This document shows, piece by piece, positions 39,472 to 49,451 of a stretch of DNA of 64,000 nucleotides. Position numbers and translations under genes: made by a program. The first letter of the stretch is position 1. Every line of letters starts with the position of its first letter. The notes beneath the pieces were generated by a model, which did no database searches, was not told the origin of the DNA, and saw only the letters and a list, made by a program, of their open reading frames with translations. The DNA is from a bacterium. GTDB lineage: Bacteria > Sysuimicrobiota > Sysuimicrobiia > Sysuimicrobiales > Segetimicrobiaceae. The stretch is taken from assembly GCA_035307765.1 (NCBI GenBank), contig DATGHU010000034.1, positions 127,417 through 191,416 on the forward strand, written 5' to 3'.

Positions 39472-40727
39472 TGCCGCGCGTGACGCTGCTCCACTACACG
39501 ACGCCCCCCGTAGTGGGCGGCGTGGAAGGAGTCGTGGCCCGGCACGCACAGTTGCTCGCCGCGGCGGGGCTCGAGGTGCAGGTCCTCACCGGGCGGGGCG
39601 GACCGATCGGCCGGGGCGTCCGGCTCCACCGCCTCCCCCTGCTCGATTCGCGGCACCGCCGTGTGATCGCCGTCACCCGCGAGCTCGAGGCCGGACGCGT
39701 CACCGGCGCATTCGAGGCGCTCGTGTCGGAGATCGAGGCGAACCTCCGCGGCGCGCTGGCAGGGTGCGAGGTCTGCGTCGTGCACAATGCGCTCACCCTG
39801 CACAAGAACCTGGCCCTCACCGCCGCGCTACACCGGCTTGCCACCCGGCGGCTTCCCGCGCGACTGGTGGCCTGGTGCCACGACCTGGCGTGGACGAACC
39901 CGCAGTACACCGTGGACCTCCACCCTGGCGCCCCGTGGTCCCTGCTGCGGACGGCGATCCCGGGGGGAACCTACGTCACGGTCTCCCGCGACCGCCAGCG
40001 GGACCTCGGCGTCCTTCTCGGGAAGCCGGAGGCCGACATCAACGTCATTCCGAACGGGGTCGACCCGGCCGCCTTCCTGCGCCTGACGCCCACCGGCCGG
40101 TGGCTGGCCGCCACCCTGCGGCTGTGGGAGCAGCAGGTGGTCCTGTTGTTGCCGGTGCGGATCACCAGGCGCAAACGCATCGAGTATGCGCTGCACGTGG
40201 TCGCGGAGATGGTGCGACGCGAGATGGCCGTGCGGCTGCTGGTCAGCGGTCCGCTCGGCGCGCACAACCCCAGGAACCGGGGCTACCTTGAGGAACTCCG
40301 GACCCTACGAGCGGGTCTGGGGCTGGATGAACAGGTGGTGTTCTGCTCGGACCTCTCCGGGCGGGACGGGCGCCGCCTCCGGCTCTCCGACCGGACGATG
40401 ACGGACCTCTACCTCCTGGCCGACGCGCTGCTCCTACCGAGCCGACAGGAGGGATTCGGGCTTCCGCTGCTCGAGGCCGGGCTGGCCCGCCTGCCGGCGT
40501 GGACCACCGCCTTGCCGCCCCTGCGTGAGATCGGGGGCGATACGATCCACACCTTCGATCCGGAGGAGCCCCCCGCCGGGGTGGCACTCCGGCTGCTCCA
40601 TGCGTTGATGGAGGAGGAGGGATACCGCCTCCGACGGCGCGTCCTCACCTCGTACTCCTGGGAGGGCATCATGCGCGAGCGGATCATCCCGCTGCTCAAC
40701 CGCCTCGTCGCGGTGGGCCGGCCATGA
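39471..40727 (+). CDS. GT4-family glycosyltransferase
   Basis: Start MPRVTLLHYTTPPVVGGVEG at 39471; GT-B fold with EX7E signature (EGFGLPLLEAG). Confidence 0.8.
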   Translation: MPRVTLLHYTTPPVVGGVEGVVARHAQLLAAAGLEVQVLTGRGGPIGRGVRLHRLPLLDSRHRRVIAVTRELEAGRVTGAFEALVSEIEANLRGALAGCEVCVVHNALTLHKNLALTAALHRLATRRLPARLVAWCHDLAWTNPQYTVDLHPGAPWSLLRTAIPGGTYVTVSRDRQRDLGVLLGKPEADINVIPNGVDPAAFLRLTPTGRWLAATLRLWEQQVVLLLPVRITRRKRIEYALHVVAEMVRREMAVRLLVSGPLGAHNPRNRGYLEELRTLRAGLGLDEQVVFCSDLSGRDGRRLRLSDRTMTDLYLLADALLLPSRQEGFGLPLLEAGLARLPAWTTALPPLREIGGDTIHTFDPEEPPAGVALRLLHALMEEEGYRLRRRVLTSYSWEGIMRERIIPLLNRLVAVGRP

Positions 40728-41809
40728 CCGGACCACAGGCCGGCGGTCCAGGATCGCCCGCGGTCCGCCCCGGAAGGCGGGGGGCGGTGCCGGAGCGCCG
40801 GTCCACCTCGGTGGACGAGTGGTTCGCGAACCACACCTTTGACGCGGGGGCGTTCAGCGACCTCGCCGCCCTGCTCGCGCTCAAGCGGGCCCAGGGGGTG
40901 ACGATCAGCCTCGGCCTCCCCGCGCTCAACGAGGAAGCCACGATCGGCCGGGAGATCGAGGTCCTCCGTCGGACGCTCGTGGAGGAGGTCCCCCTTCTCG
41001 ATGAAATCGTCGTGATCGACAGCGGATCCGACGACGGAACCGCGGGGGTGGCGCGTCACCTGGGGGTCCCCACCTATCACCAAGCGGAGATCCTCCCCGA
41101 GCAGGGCACCTATCACGGAAAGGGCGAGGCGCTGTGGAAGAGCCTGCACATCCTCCGCGGGGACCTGATCGTCTGGGTGGACACCGATATTCGCAACATT
41201 CATCCGAAGTTCGTCTATGGGCTGATCGGCCCGCTGCTGCAGGAGCCGTCGATCGGCTACGTCAAGGGGTTCTACCGGCGTCCGATCAAGGTGGGCGGAC
41301 GGCGCAACGAGTCGGGCGGCGGCCGGGTGACCGAGCTCACCGCGCGGCCGCTGCTCAATCTGTTCTTCCCCGAGCTTTCGGGGGTGATCCAGCCGCTGGC
41401 GGGCGAATACGCCGGGCGACGCGAGCTCCTCGAGCACCTCCCCTTCTTCACGGGGTACGGGGTTGAGGTCGGCCTGCTCATCGACGTCCTCCGCCACCTC
41501 GGGCTTGACGGCATCGCCCAGGTGAATCTAGACTCGCGTGTGCACCGCAATCGGGATCTCACCCCGCTGTCGGTCATGGCCTTTGCCATCGTGCAGGTCG
41601 TGATGACCCGCGTGGGCGAGCAGCTGCGCGCCCCGCTGCGCGAGTGGATGAACACGGCGATGACGCTCGTCAGCCTCGACGGCGGCCGCTCTCTCGAAGT
41701 GCGCGAGGTCTTGGAACGCGAGCGGCCGCCGATCATCACCATCCCCGAGTACCGACACCAACGGGCGCTCATCGGGTCGGCCCGGGGGGCAGCGGCGGGA
41801 GCCCGCTGA
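40724..41809 (+). CDS. gpgS: glucosyl-3-phosphoglycerate synthase (GT81)
   Basis: Strong recognisable similarity to mycobacterial GpgS: ISLGLPALNEEATIG, VIDSGSDDGT, HGKGEALWKSL, VKGFYRRPIKVGG...GGGRVTELTARPLL, GYGVEVGLLID, IAQVNLDSRVHRNRDL. Confidence 0.85.
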   Translation: MTGPQAGGPGSPAVRPGRRGAVPERRSTSVDEWFANHTFDAGAFSDLAALLALKRAQGVTISLGLPALNEEATIGREIEVLRRTLVEEVPLLDEIVVIDSGSDDGTAGVARHLGVPTYHQAEILPEQGTYHGKGEALWKSLHILRGDLIVWVDTDIRNIHPKFVYGLIGPLLQEPSIGYVKGFYRRPIKVGGRRNESGGGRVTELTARPLLNLFFPELSGVIQPLAGEYAGRRELLEHLPFFTGYGVEVGLLIDVLRHLGLDGIAQVNLDSRVHRNRDLTPLSVMAFAIVQVVMTRVGEQLRAPLREWMNTAMTLVSLDGGRSLEVREVLERERPPIITIPEYRHQRALIGSARGAAAGAR

Positions 41810-41810
41810 G

Positions 41811-42650
41811 ATGGATCCGCTCGAACCCCTCCGCCAGGTCGGACGGGATCTGCTGAACCCCGAGCGAATCGCCGGCACCATCGAAGCCGTGATCTGGCTT
41901 TCGGTCATCGCGATCGGTGCGTGGGTGGCGCTGCGCCTCTCGCTCGGCGTGGTGCGCCGCACGGCGGCGTGGCGGGTCGGCCACCCCGCCGCACGCCTCC
42001 AGCCGATTCTGGAAGGGTTGCTCCGGTACGTGATCGTCTTCACGGCGATCGTGCTGATGCTTGCCGCGATGCGGGTCGATATCACCCCGGTGCTCGCCAG
42101 TGCCACCGTCCTCGGCCTGACGCTCGGCTTCGGGGCCCAGTACATCATCCGGGATCTGCTGGCGGGCGTCTTCCTGGTTTCCGAGGGCATCATCCAGACG
42201 GGGGACTCCGTGCGCGTGGACGGCGATCTCGGGACCGTCGAGCGCGTCACGCTCCGGTTCACGCAGATCCGGATGTTCTCGGGTGAACTCGTGACGATGC
42301 CCAACGGCACCATCGCGAAGATCGGCAACCTGAGCCGCGGCTTCGCGCGAGCGATCGTCCAAGTCCTTGTGCCCTACAATGCCCACGCCTCGAAGGCGCT
42401 CGAGGCGCTCCGCGACGCGGCGCAGACGTGGGCCGCTTCCCAGGCTGCGGACGGCCTGGCCGCCCCAACGATCGACGGCGTCGTGGAGCTGCACGACACG
42501 GGCGCGGTGTTGCAGTGCTCGGTCCGCGTCCCGCCGGGGCGCCAGGACGCGGTGGCCGCCGAACTCCGCCGCCACGTCTTGGAGGCGATGGGACACCGCG
42601 GGATCGTCCCGGGGGCGACGCTCTCCGCGCCGACGCCACCGCCGCCGTAA
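41811..42650 (+). CDS. mscS: mechanosensitive ion channel, MscS family
   Basis: Three N-terminal TM helices, MscS pore helix (TVLGLTLGFGAQYIIRDLLAGVFLVSEGIIQTGDSVRVDGDLGTVERV), cytoplasmic beta domain. Confidence 0.8.
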   Translation: MDPLEPLRQVGRDLLNPERIAGTIEAVIWLSVIAIGAWVALRLSLGVVRRTAAWRVGHPAARLQPILEGLLRYVIVFTAIVLMLAAMRVDITPVLASATVLGLTLGFGAQYIIRDLLAGVFLVSEGIIQTGDSVRVDGDLGTVERVTLRFTQIRMFSGELVTMPNGTIAKIGNLSRGFARAIVQVLVPYNAHASKALEALRDAAQTWAASQAADGLAAPTIDGVVELHDTGAVLQCSVRVPPGRQDAVAAELRRHVLEAMGHRGIVPGATLSAPTPPPP

Positions 42651-42671
42651 CCGGCGGGGGGTAGCGCGCCT

Positions 42672-42700
42672 TTGGAATATCGTGACAATAGGGTACAATA
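42672..42700 (+). promoter_or_regulatory. sigma-A-type promoter for the GH57-glgC-GH57 operon
   Basis: TTGGAA-17nt-TACAAT in the 128-nt gap between mscS and the GH57 gene. Confidence 0.45.
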
Positions 42701-42778
42701 CTAGGAGCACCGATGCTCGTGCTCCGGGCGGCGTGCCCGTAATCCCCGCCGCGATCCGCGCTCGCCAACAGGGACATC

Positions 42779-44503
42779 ATGAAGCAGCCTGTGGGATACC
42801 TGATTTTCACGCTACACTCCCATCTCCCGTTCGTGCTGAACCACGGACGATGGCCCTTTGGAAGCGACTGGCTCTCCGAGGCCGCGGTGCAGTCCTACCT
42901 GCCCCTCCTCCGCAGCCTGACCCTGCTCGCCGACGAGGACGTCATCCCCACGGTGACCATCACCCTCTCCCCCATCCTCTGCGAACAGTTGGCCAACCCC
43001 GGGTTCGGGGAAGAGATCACCGCCTTTCTCCAGCAGCGCTTGGAGGCGTGCCGGGACAACCGCCGGCATTTCGCGGACACCGGCGAGGATCACCTCGCCG
43101 CCCTGTGCGACTACTGGCAGTCGTTCTACCAGGGAGCGCAGGCCCAACTGGAGACCCTGGGAGGGGATCTCCTCGGGGCTTTCCGACGGCTCGCGGACCG
43201 CGAGGCGATCGAGCTGATCACCTGCGCGGCGACCCACGGCTACCTTCCGCTGCTGAGCCGGGATGAGAGCCTCGACCTCCAGATGCGGGTGGCGGTGGCG
43301 ACCCATACCCGACACTTCGGCCACGCCCCCCACGGGGTCTGGCTCCCCGAGTGCGCCTACCGCCCGCGGTACGAGTGGACCCCGCCGGTGGGCCCCCGCA
43401 GCGGCAAGGTCCGGTATCGCCGCCGCGGCGTCGAGGAGGTCCTGGCCGACCACGGCTTGGCGTACTTCTTCACCGACATCCACTTGGTGCGCGGGGGGCG
43501 GGGAATCTCGGCGTACGGGGATTACTTCCCGAGCCTACGCACGGTGCTGGGGCCCGAACCCCACAACTTCTACCGGCGGGGGGAGCGGACGCCCTACACC
43601 CCGTACGTGGTCGCTTCGCGCGGCGGAACCGGGCAGGCGGTCGCCTTCGTCCGCGATCCCGAGACGACCCTGCAGGTGTGGAGCCGGGACGTCGGCTACC
43701 CGGGGGATGAATGGTACCTCGACTTCCATAAGATACACTTCCCGGGCGGGCTCCGCTTCTGGCGGGTGACCCACCCGAAGATCGACCTCGCCGACAAGCA
43801 GGTCTACGACCCCCGGCCCGCCGCGGAACGCACCCGGGCGCAAGCCGAGCACTACGTGGGGATCGTCCGGGAAATCTTGAGCCGCAGCGGGGGAGACGGC
43901 GAGGCACCGGCGGTGCTGTGCAGCCCGTTCGACACCGAATTGTTCGGCCACTGGTGGTACGAAGGCCCGCAGTGGCTGGCCCGCGTCTTCGAGCGGCTGG
44001 CGGCGGAACAGATCACCCCGCTCACAGCCGGGCAATACTTGGCGAAGCACCCGCCGCACGAGGCGATCACCCTGCTCGAGGGATCCTGGGGCGAGGGGGG
44101 GGACCACCGCGTCTGGATGAACCGGGACACCGAATGGACCTGGGAAATGATCTACGAGGCCGAGGAGACCTTCTGGACCTTCGTGGCCGCCGGCGGCTGG
44201 CAGCGCACGCCGTTGCTCCGCCGGATCGTCGAGCAAATGGGACGGGAGCTCCTGCTCCTGCAGGGGTCCGATTGGCAGTTCCTCATCACCACCTGGGCCG
44301 CCCGCAGCTACGCCGAAACGCGCTTCGCCGAGCACTGCGCCAACCTGACCCGGCTGCTGGACCTGGCCAAGCGGGTGGCGGGCGGCGGGTCCCTCACCTG
44401 GGAGGACGAGCAGTTCCTCAAAAGCAAGGAGGTACAGGACTTCTGCTTTCCGGTCCTCGCCGGGCACCTCGAGGCGGCGGCACAGCATCCCCATCCGGCG
44501 TGA
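42779..44503 (+). CDS. GH57-family 1,4-alpha-glucan branching enzyme (with C-terminal DUF1957-like domain)
   Basis: N-terminal GH57 signature (YLIFTLHSHLPFV...HGRWPFGSDWLSEA), catalytic region (GVWLPECAY; CSPFDTELFGHWWYEGPQWL), about 574 aa as in Thermus/Thermococcus GH57 branching enzymes and mycobacterial Rv3031. Confidence 0.8.
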   Translation: MKQPVGYLIFTLHSHLPFVLNHGRWPFGSDWLSEAAVQSYLPLLRSLTLLADEDVIPTVTITLSPILCEQLANPGFGEEITAFLQQRLEACRDNRRHFADTGEDHLAALCDYWQSFYQGAQAQLETLGGDLLGAFRRLADREAIELITCAATHGYLPLLSRDESLDLQMRVAVATHTRHFGHAPHGVWLPECAYRPRYEWTPPVGPRSGKVRYRRRGVEEVLADHGLAYFFTDIHLVRGGRGISAYGDYFPSLRTVLGPEPHNFYRRGERTPYTPYVVASRGGTGQAVAFVRDPETTLQVWSRDVGYPGDEWYLDFHKIHFPGGLRFWRVTHPKIDLADKQVYDPRPAAERTRAQAEHYVGIVREILSRSGGDGEAPAVLCSPFDTELFGHWWYEGPQWLARVFERLAAEQITPLTAGQYLAKHPPHEAITLLEGSWGEGGDHRVWMNRDTEWTWEMIYEAEETFWTFVAAGGWQRTPLLRRIVEQMGRELLLLQGSDWQFLITTWAARSYAETRFAEHCANLTRLLDLAKRVAGGGSLTWEDEQFLKSKEVQDFCFPVLAGHLEAAAQHPHPA

Positions 44504-44507
44504 TGGC

Positions 44508-45749
44508 GTGAGCACGCCCCGCATCCTTGGCCTGATCCTCGCGGGCGGCAAGGGGGAGCGGCTGTTTCCCCTGACGCAGGAGCGGAGCAAGCCGGCGGTG
44601 CCGTTTGGGAGCAAGTACCGGATCGCCGATTTCGTGCTGAGCAACTTCATCAATTCGCAGATTTACTCGCTGTACATCTTGGTCCAGTACAAATCGCAAT
44701 CGTTGATCGACCACATCCGCCGCGGCTGGCGGATCGGCGGCCTCGTCGAAGGCCACTTCATCATCACCGTCCCCCCACAGATGCGCTGGGGCGAGACCTG
44801 GTACCGCGGCACGGCGGACGCCGTGTTCCAAAACCTCAACCTGATCCGGGACGTGGACCCGGATCTGGTGGCGATCTTTGGAGCCGACCACATCTACCGG
44901 ATGGACCTTCAGCAGATGGTCGCCTCGCACCTGAATCGCCGCGCCGATGTCTCCGTCGCCGCCCTCCCCGTGCCGATCGAGTCGGCCTCCGGGTTCGGCA
45001 TCATCGAAGCGGATGTCGAGGGCCGGATCATCGGGTGGGAGGAGAAACCGCGGGAGCCGAAACCGATGCCGGGGGACCCGACGCGGGCGTTCTCCTCGAT
45101 GGGCAATTACATCTTTACGACGGACGTGCTGGTCGAGGCCCTCGTCGAGGATGCGCGGCGCAGCACCGACCACGACTTCGGCCGGACGATCATCCCCGAA
45201 CTGTACCCGTACGCGCGGGCGTTCGCGTACGACTTCATGCAGAACGCGATCCCGGGAATCCACCCCGGCGAGGAGCTGGGGTACTGGCGGGACGTCGGGA
45301 CGATTGAGGCCTATTGGCGGGCCAACATGGATCTGCTGGGGCCCGCCCCTGCGTTGGACCTCGACAACCCCCGGTGGCCGGTCCTCGGCTCCCCGTTCGG
45401 TGGGCCGTCGGCCCGGATCCTCGACGGGGTCATCGAGGACGTCCTCTTGGGCGAAGGAACCCTCGTCCGCGGAGCGACGATTCGCCGCTCGATCGTCGGA
45501 CGCGGGGTCACCATCGAGCGGGGGGCCACGATCGAAAACAGCATCATCATGGACAATACCACCGTCGGCCCACACGCCCGCATCCGGCGGACCATCGTCG
45601 ACCGGTTCAACACGGTCCCCGCTGGGGCGGTGATCGGCGAGGAGGCCGAGCCGCCCGAGGATGCGATCGTGGATCCTTCGGGCATCACCATCGTGGCGCG
45701 CGGCACGACCCGGGTCCGGAGGACCACCCCCACCTCCGCGCTGCCGTGA
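44508..45749 (+). CDS. glgC: glucose-1-phosphate adenylyltransferase
   Basis: ILAGGKGERLFPLTQERSKPAVPFGSKYRIADFVLSNFINS N-terminus, C-terminal left-handed beta-helix repeats. Confidence 0.9.
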   Translation: MSTPRILGLILAGGKGERLFPLTQERSKPAVPFGSKYRIADFVLSNFINSQIYSLYILVQYKSQSLIDHIRRGWRIGGLVEGHFIITVPPQMRWGETWYRGTADAVFQNLNLIRDVDPDLVAIFGADHIYRMDLQQMVASHLNRRADVSVAALPVPIESASGFGIIEADVEGRIIGWEEKPREPKPMPGDPTRAFSSMGNYIFTTDVLVEALVEDARRSTDHDFGRTIIPELYPYARAFAYDFMQNAIPGIHPGEELGYWRDVGTIEAYWRANMDLLGPAPALDLDNPRWPVLGSPFGGPSARILDGVIEDVLLGEGTLVRGATIRRSIVGRGVTIERGATIENSIIMDNTTVGPHARIRRTIVDRFNTVPAGAVIGEEAEPPEDAIVDPSGITIVARGTTRVRRTTPTSALP

Positions 45750-45754
45750 CGGCG

Positions 45755-48241
45755 ATGGGCGCCGCGGACCGCTTCATCTGCATTCACGCACACTTCTACC
45801 AGCCGCCCCGCGAGAACCCCTGGCTCGAGACGGTGGAGGTCCAGGACTCCGCCCGACCGTATCATGACTGGAACGCGCGGGTGACCGCCGAGTGCTACGC
45901 GCCGAATGGCGCCTCGCGGCTCCTCGACGGCGCCAAGCGCATCTTGGAAATCACCAACAACTATCGGCTGGTCAGCTTCAACGTCGGCCCCACGCTTCTC
46001 GCCTGGCTTCAGGGCGCGGCGCCGGAGACCTACGCGAGAATCCTGGAGGCCGACCGGGTGAGCCGGGCGCAGCGGGGCGGCCACGGCAATGCACTGGCAC
46101 AGGCCTACAACCACATCATCCTCCCCCTGGCGACCAGGCGGGACAAGGAGACCCAGGTGGCATGGGGGGTCGCCGACTTCCGGCACCGCTTCGGGCGCGA
46201 GCCCGAGGGCATGTGGCTCCCCGAGACCGCGGTGGACACCGAAACGCTCGAGGTCCTCGCCGCGTCCGGCCTCAGGTTCACGATTCTCGCTCCCGACCAG
46301 GCGGCGCGCGTGCGCCCTGTGGGGCAGGATGGGTGGATCGACGTCCGCGGCGGTCGTGTCGACCCGAGCCGTCCGTATCTCTGCCGGCTCCCGAGCGGAG
46401 CGACGATCGCGTTGTTCTTCTACGATGGGCCGATCTCGCGCGCCGTGGCGTTCGAAGGCCTCCTCAACAGCGGCGAGGAGTTCGCGGACCGGCTCGCCGC
46501 GGGCTTCCGGGGCGATCGGCAAGGTCCCCAGATCGTCCACATCGCGACGGACGGGGAGTCATACGGGCATCACCACGCGTTCGGCGAGATGGCCCTCACC
46601 GCCGCCCTGCGGATGATCGAAGAGCGCGACACGGCGCGCCTCACCAACTACGGGCTGTTTCTTGCGCTGCACCCCCCCGACCACGAGGTCGAGATCGTCG
46701 AGCCGTCGAGCTGGTCGTGCCCACATGGGGTGGAGCGGTGGCGGTCTAACTGCGGATGTCGTGCGGGGCACCCCGGTTGGACCCAAGAGTGGCGGACGCC
46801 GCTGCGCAACGCGCTCGACTGGCTTCGGGACACCCTCGCGCCCATCTACGAGGACCGGATCGGGGGAGACCTGCGGGATCCGTGGGCGGCCCGGGATGCC
46901 TACGTCGATATCGTCCTGGACCGCAGCCCGGAGAACGTGGACGGGTTTTTCGCCGCTTACGGCCGTCCGGGCCTCGACCGCGGCGAGCGCCCGCGGGTGC
47001 TCCGCCTCCTGGAGATGCAGCGGCACGCGCTCTTGATGTACACCTCGTGCGGGTGGTTCTTCGACGACCTCTCCGGGATCGAGGCGGTCCAGGTCACCAT
47101 GTACGCCGCACGCGCGATCCAACTTGCGGAACGGTTCGGAGCCCACCTGGAAGACGAGTTCGTTGCGCGGCTGGCCGAAGCCAGGAGCAACGTCGCGCGG
47201 TGGGGGGATGGTGCCAAGATCTACCGGCGGGTCATTCGGCCGGCGGCCGTGACCCATTCCCGGCTCGCCGCGCACTACGCGATCAGCGGGCTCTTCGACC
47301 CGTACGAAGACGACGCCCGCGTCTTTAGCTTTGTGGTACGGCGCCTGGACGCCCGGCGAGAGGACCGCGGCGGCCACACCGTGGCCGTGGGGTTGGTCTC
47401 GGCGGCCTCCCGCATCACGACCGAGGCCGAGCAGGCCGCGTTTGCGGTGCTGCACCTGGGGGGGACCGACGTGCAGTGCGGGGTCCGAATGGACGCCACC
47501 CCGGAATGGTACGAGACGGTGAAGACCGAGCTCGTCGATTCTTTCCTCACCAACGGGCCCAGCGAGGCCGTTCGCGTCCTCGACGAGGCCTTCCGCGGTT
47601 CCCTGTACTCGCTCTCCGACCTCTTCACCGAAGCGCGCCGGAGCATCCTGGGGCGCATCACCGAGAGCCACCTCGCCCGCTTCGAGGGGGCGTACAAGGC
47701 GCTGTACGAGGAATCGCGCCCGCTCATCGCGTTTATGCGCGATTCGGGGGTCCCCGTTCCGGCCGGAATTCTCATGGCCGCGGAGTACACGCTGCTCAAA
47801 GAGCTCGCCGACGCGCTGGACCGCGCGCCCGCTCACCCCCTGCCCGACCGCGCCTTCGAGATCGCCCGCGAGCTCGACGCGCTGGAGATCAAAGACCACG
47901 CGGGGGAGCACGAGCTGCTCCTGCGCCGGGCCGCCGAGGCGCGGGCGGAAGGCCTGAAGACCGGACCGTTCGGGGAGGACCTCGACCAGCTCCACCGCCT
48001 GCTCGATCTCGCCGACGCCCTTGGGTTCACCCTCAACCTCTGGCATGTCCAAAACGCCTACCACGACGCGGCGCTGACCCACCGCGAAGAGCTGGCGCGG
48101 GCCGATGCCGAAGCCGACCGGGTGGCGGAGTTTTGGCGGCTCGGGGCCAGGCTGAACTTCAACCTGGACCGCCTGCGGGCTCCCGCCCGGGGTCGGGTAG
48201 CCTCGCCGGACCCCGGCGATCGTACGGCGGCGGAACGTTGA
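45755..48241 (+). CDS. GH57-family glycoside hydrolase (second paralogue, long C-terminal DUF3536-like domain)
   Basis: Start MGAADRFICIHAHFYQPPREN at 45755, in frame within the ORF that opens at 45314; GH57 motifs (HFYQPPR, GMWLPETAV, HIATDGESYGHHH). Confidence 0.75.
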   Translation: MGAADRFICIHAHFYQPPRENPWLETVEVQDSARPYHDWNARVTAECYAPNGASRLLDGAKRILEITNNYRLVSFNVGPTLLAWLQGAAPETYARILEADRVSRAQRGGHGNALAQAYNHIILPLATRRDKETQVAWGVADFRHRFGREPEGMWLPETAVDTETLEVLAASGLRFTILAPDQAARVRPVGQDGWIDVRGGRVDPSRPYLCRLPSGATIALFFYDGPISRAVAFEGLLNSGEEFADRLAAGFRGDRQGPQIVHIATDGESYGHHHAFGEMALTAALRMIEERDTARLTNYGLFLALHPPDHEVEIVEPSSWSCPHGVERWRSNCGCRAGHPGWTQEWRTPLRNALDWLRDTLAPIYEDRIGGDLRDPWAARDAYVDIVLDRSPENVDGFFAAYGRPGLDRGERPRVLRLLEMQRHALLMYTSCGWFFDDLSGIEAVQVTMYAARAIQLAERFGAHLEDEFVARLAEARSNVARWGDGAKIYRRVIRPAAVTHSRLAAHYAISGLFDPYEDDARVFSFVVRRLDARREDRGGHTVAVGLVSAASRITTEAEQAAFAVLHLGGTDVQCGVRMDATPEWYETVKTELVDSFLTNGPSEAVRVLDEAFRGSLYSLSDLFTEARRSILGRITESHLARFEGAYKALYEESRPLIAFMRDSGVPVPAGILMAAEYTLLKELADALDRAPAHPLPDRAFEIARELDALEIKDHAGEHELLLRRAAEARAEGLKTGPFGEDLDQLHRLLDLADALGFTLNLWHVQNAYHDAALTHREELARADAEADRVAEFWRLGARLNFNLDRLRAPARGRVASPDPGDRTAAER

Positions 48242-48302
48242 CTCCGCTCCCGGCGGCCCGCGGCGCGGTCGCGCCTCCCGCTCGGGGAGGCGGCCCCTTT
48301 CG

Positions 48303-49451
48303 CTATTTCGACTCCGGCGTGGTCATGGGCGTGTTCATCATTCGGAGCATTTCAGGCCCGCCGGTCGTGAGGAAGCGCCGGACCAGGACGGCCGCAAGCA
48401 GGAGGAAGATGAGGTTGAGGATCGAGGTGGAGTTCAGGGCGATGCGGGCGTCGAGTACGACGGCGTGGCGCGCGGTCGGGGTCAGTCCGAGGACACGGAA
48501 AAGGAGATCGACGGCCACGCCCGCGGTCACGATCGCGGCGTAGGAGGTGACGAGCAGGTACAGCGCCATCCGCGTCCCATAGTACTTCCGATAGATGTTC
48601 AGAATGGGAAGGATGATCAGGTCGGAGTAGATGAAGGACACGACCCCGCCGAAGCTGATGCCCCCGTTCCACAGGACGGCGGCCAGCGGCACGTTCCCCA
48701 CTGAGCAGACAAAGGCCATCATCGACACCACCGGTCCGATCAACGGACCCCAGATCAGGCCCAGCCCCGGATGGTTCATCAGGAAAAACCCCCGCCAGAA
48801 CGCGGCGGGCACCCACGCGGCGATGGCCCCGGCGATCACGAGGCCGCCGGCGATGTCCATCCAGACCGCCGCCCAATCCATGACGAAGTAATGGCTGACG
48901 GCGGTAAATCCCTCCGGCGATACCATTCGCGCGAGCAGGGGTGTGCCTTCGGTCACCGCCATGTCCATCTCGGCGTGGCCCTCCATGCGCCCGGCCCGCC
49001 CCCGCTCCGCCTGCCGGCGGGCTTCGTCGACCGCCGCGCGACGGAGCGTAAGGCGGAACACCAACCACAACACGGCGATCATGATCGGGCCGCCGGCAAA
49101 CTCCGCCAGCGCGAACGGCCACCCCAGGAGCACGATCATGATGATCCCAAGCTCGATCACCAGATTCGTCGACGCGAACTCGAACACGATCGACGCGGTG
49201 AAGTCGGCACCCTTCCGGAATATCGATCGGGCCAGTGCCACCGCCGCGTACGAACAGGATGACGAGGCGGCGCCGAACAGACTGGCCAGGACGATGGAGC
49301 GCGGCGAGTCGTCTCCCAGCACCCGGACCATCTGCCGCTTGGAGACGAATGCCTGGATTGTCGCCGAGAGCGCGAATCCCAGGATCAGCGGCCAGAGGAT
49401 CTCCCACCCCATCGCCGCCGCCGCACTCAGCGCCCGGGCGATGGCGCTCAT
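48303..49451 (-). CDS. permease (COG0701/YraQ-like, DUF318)
   Basis: Start MSAIARALSAAAAMGWEILWPLILG at 49451; about 8 hydrophobic helices; first 138 codons of the long ORF are Arg-rich, probably non-coding. Confidence 0.6.
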   Translation of the reverse strand: MSAIARALSAAAAMGWEILWPLILGFALSATIQAFVSKRQMVRVLGDDSPRSIVLASLFGAASSSCSYAAVALARSIFRKGADFTASIVFEFASTNLVIELGIIMIVLLGWPFALAEFAGGPIMIAVLWLVFRLTLRRAAVDEARRQAERGRAGRMEGHAEMDMAVTEGTPLLARMVSPEGFTAVSHYFVMDWAAVWMDIAGGLVIAGAIAAWVPAAFWRGFFLMNHPGLGLIWGPLIGPVVSMMAFVCSVGNVPLAAVLWNGGISFGGVVSFIYSDLIILPILNIYRKYYGTRMALYLLVTSYAAIVTAGVAVDLLFRVLGLTPTARHAVVLDARIALNSTSILNLIFLLLAAVLVRRFLTTGGPEMLRMMNTPMTTPESK

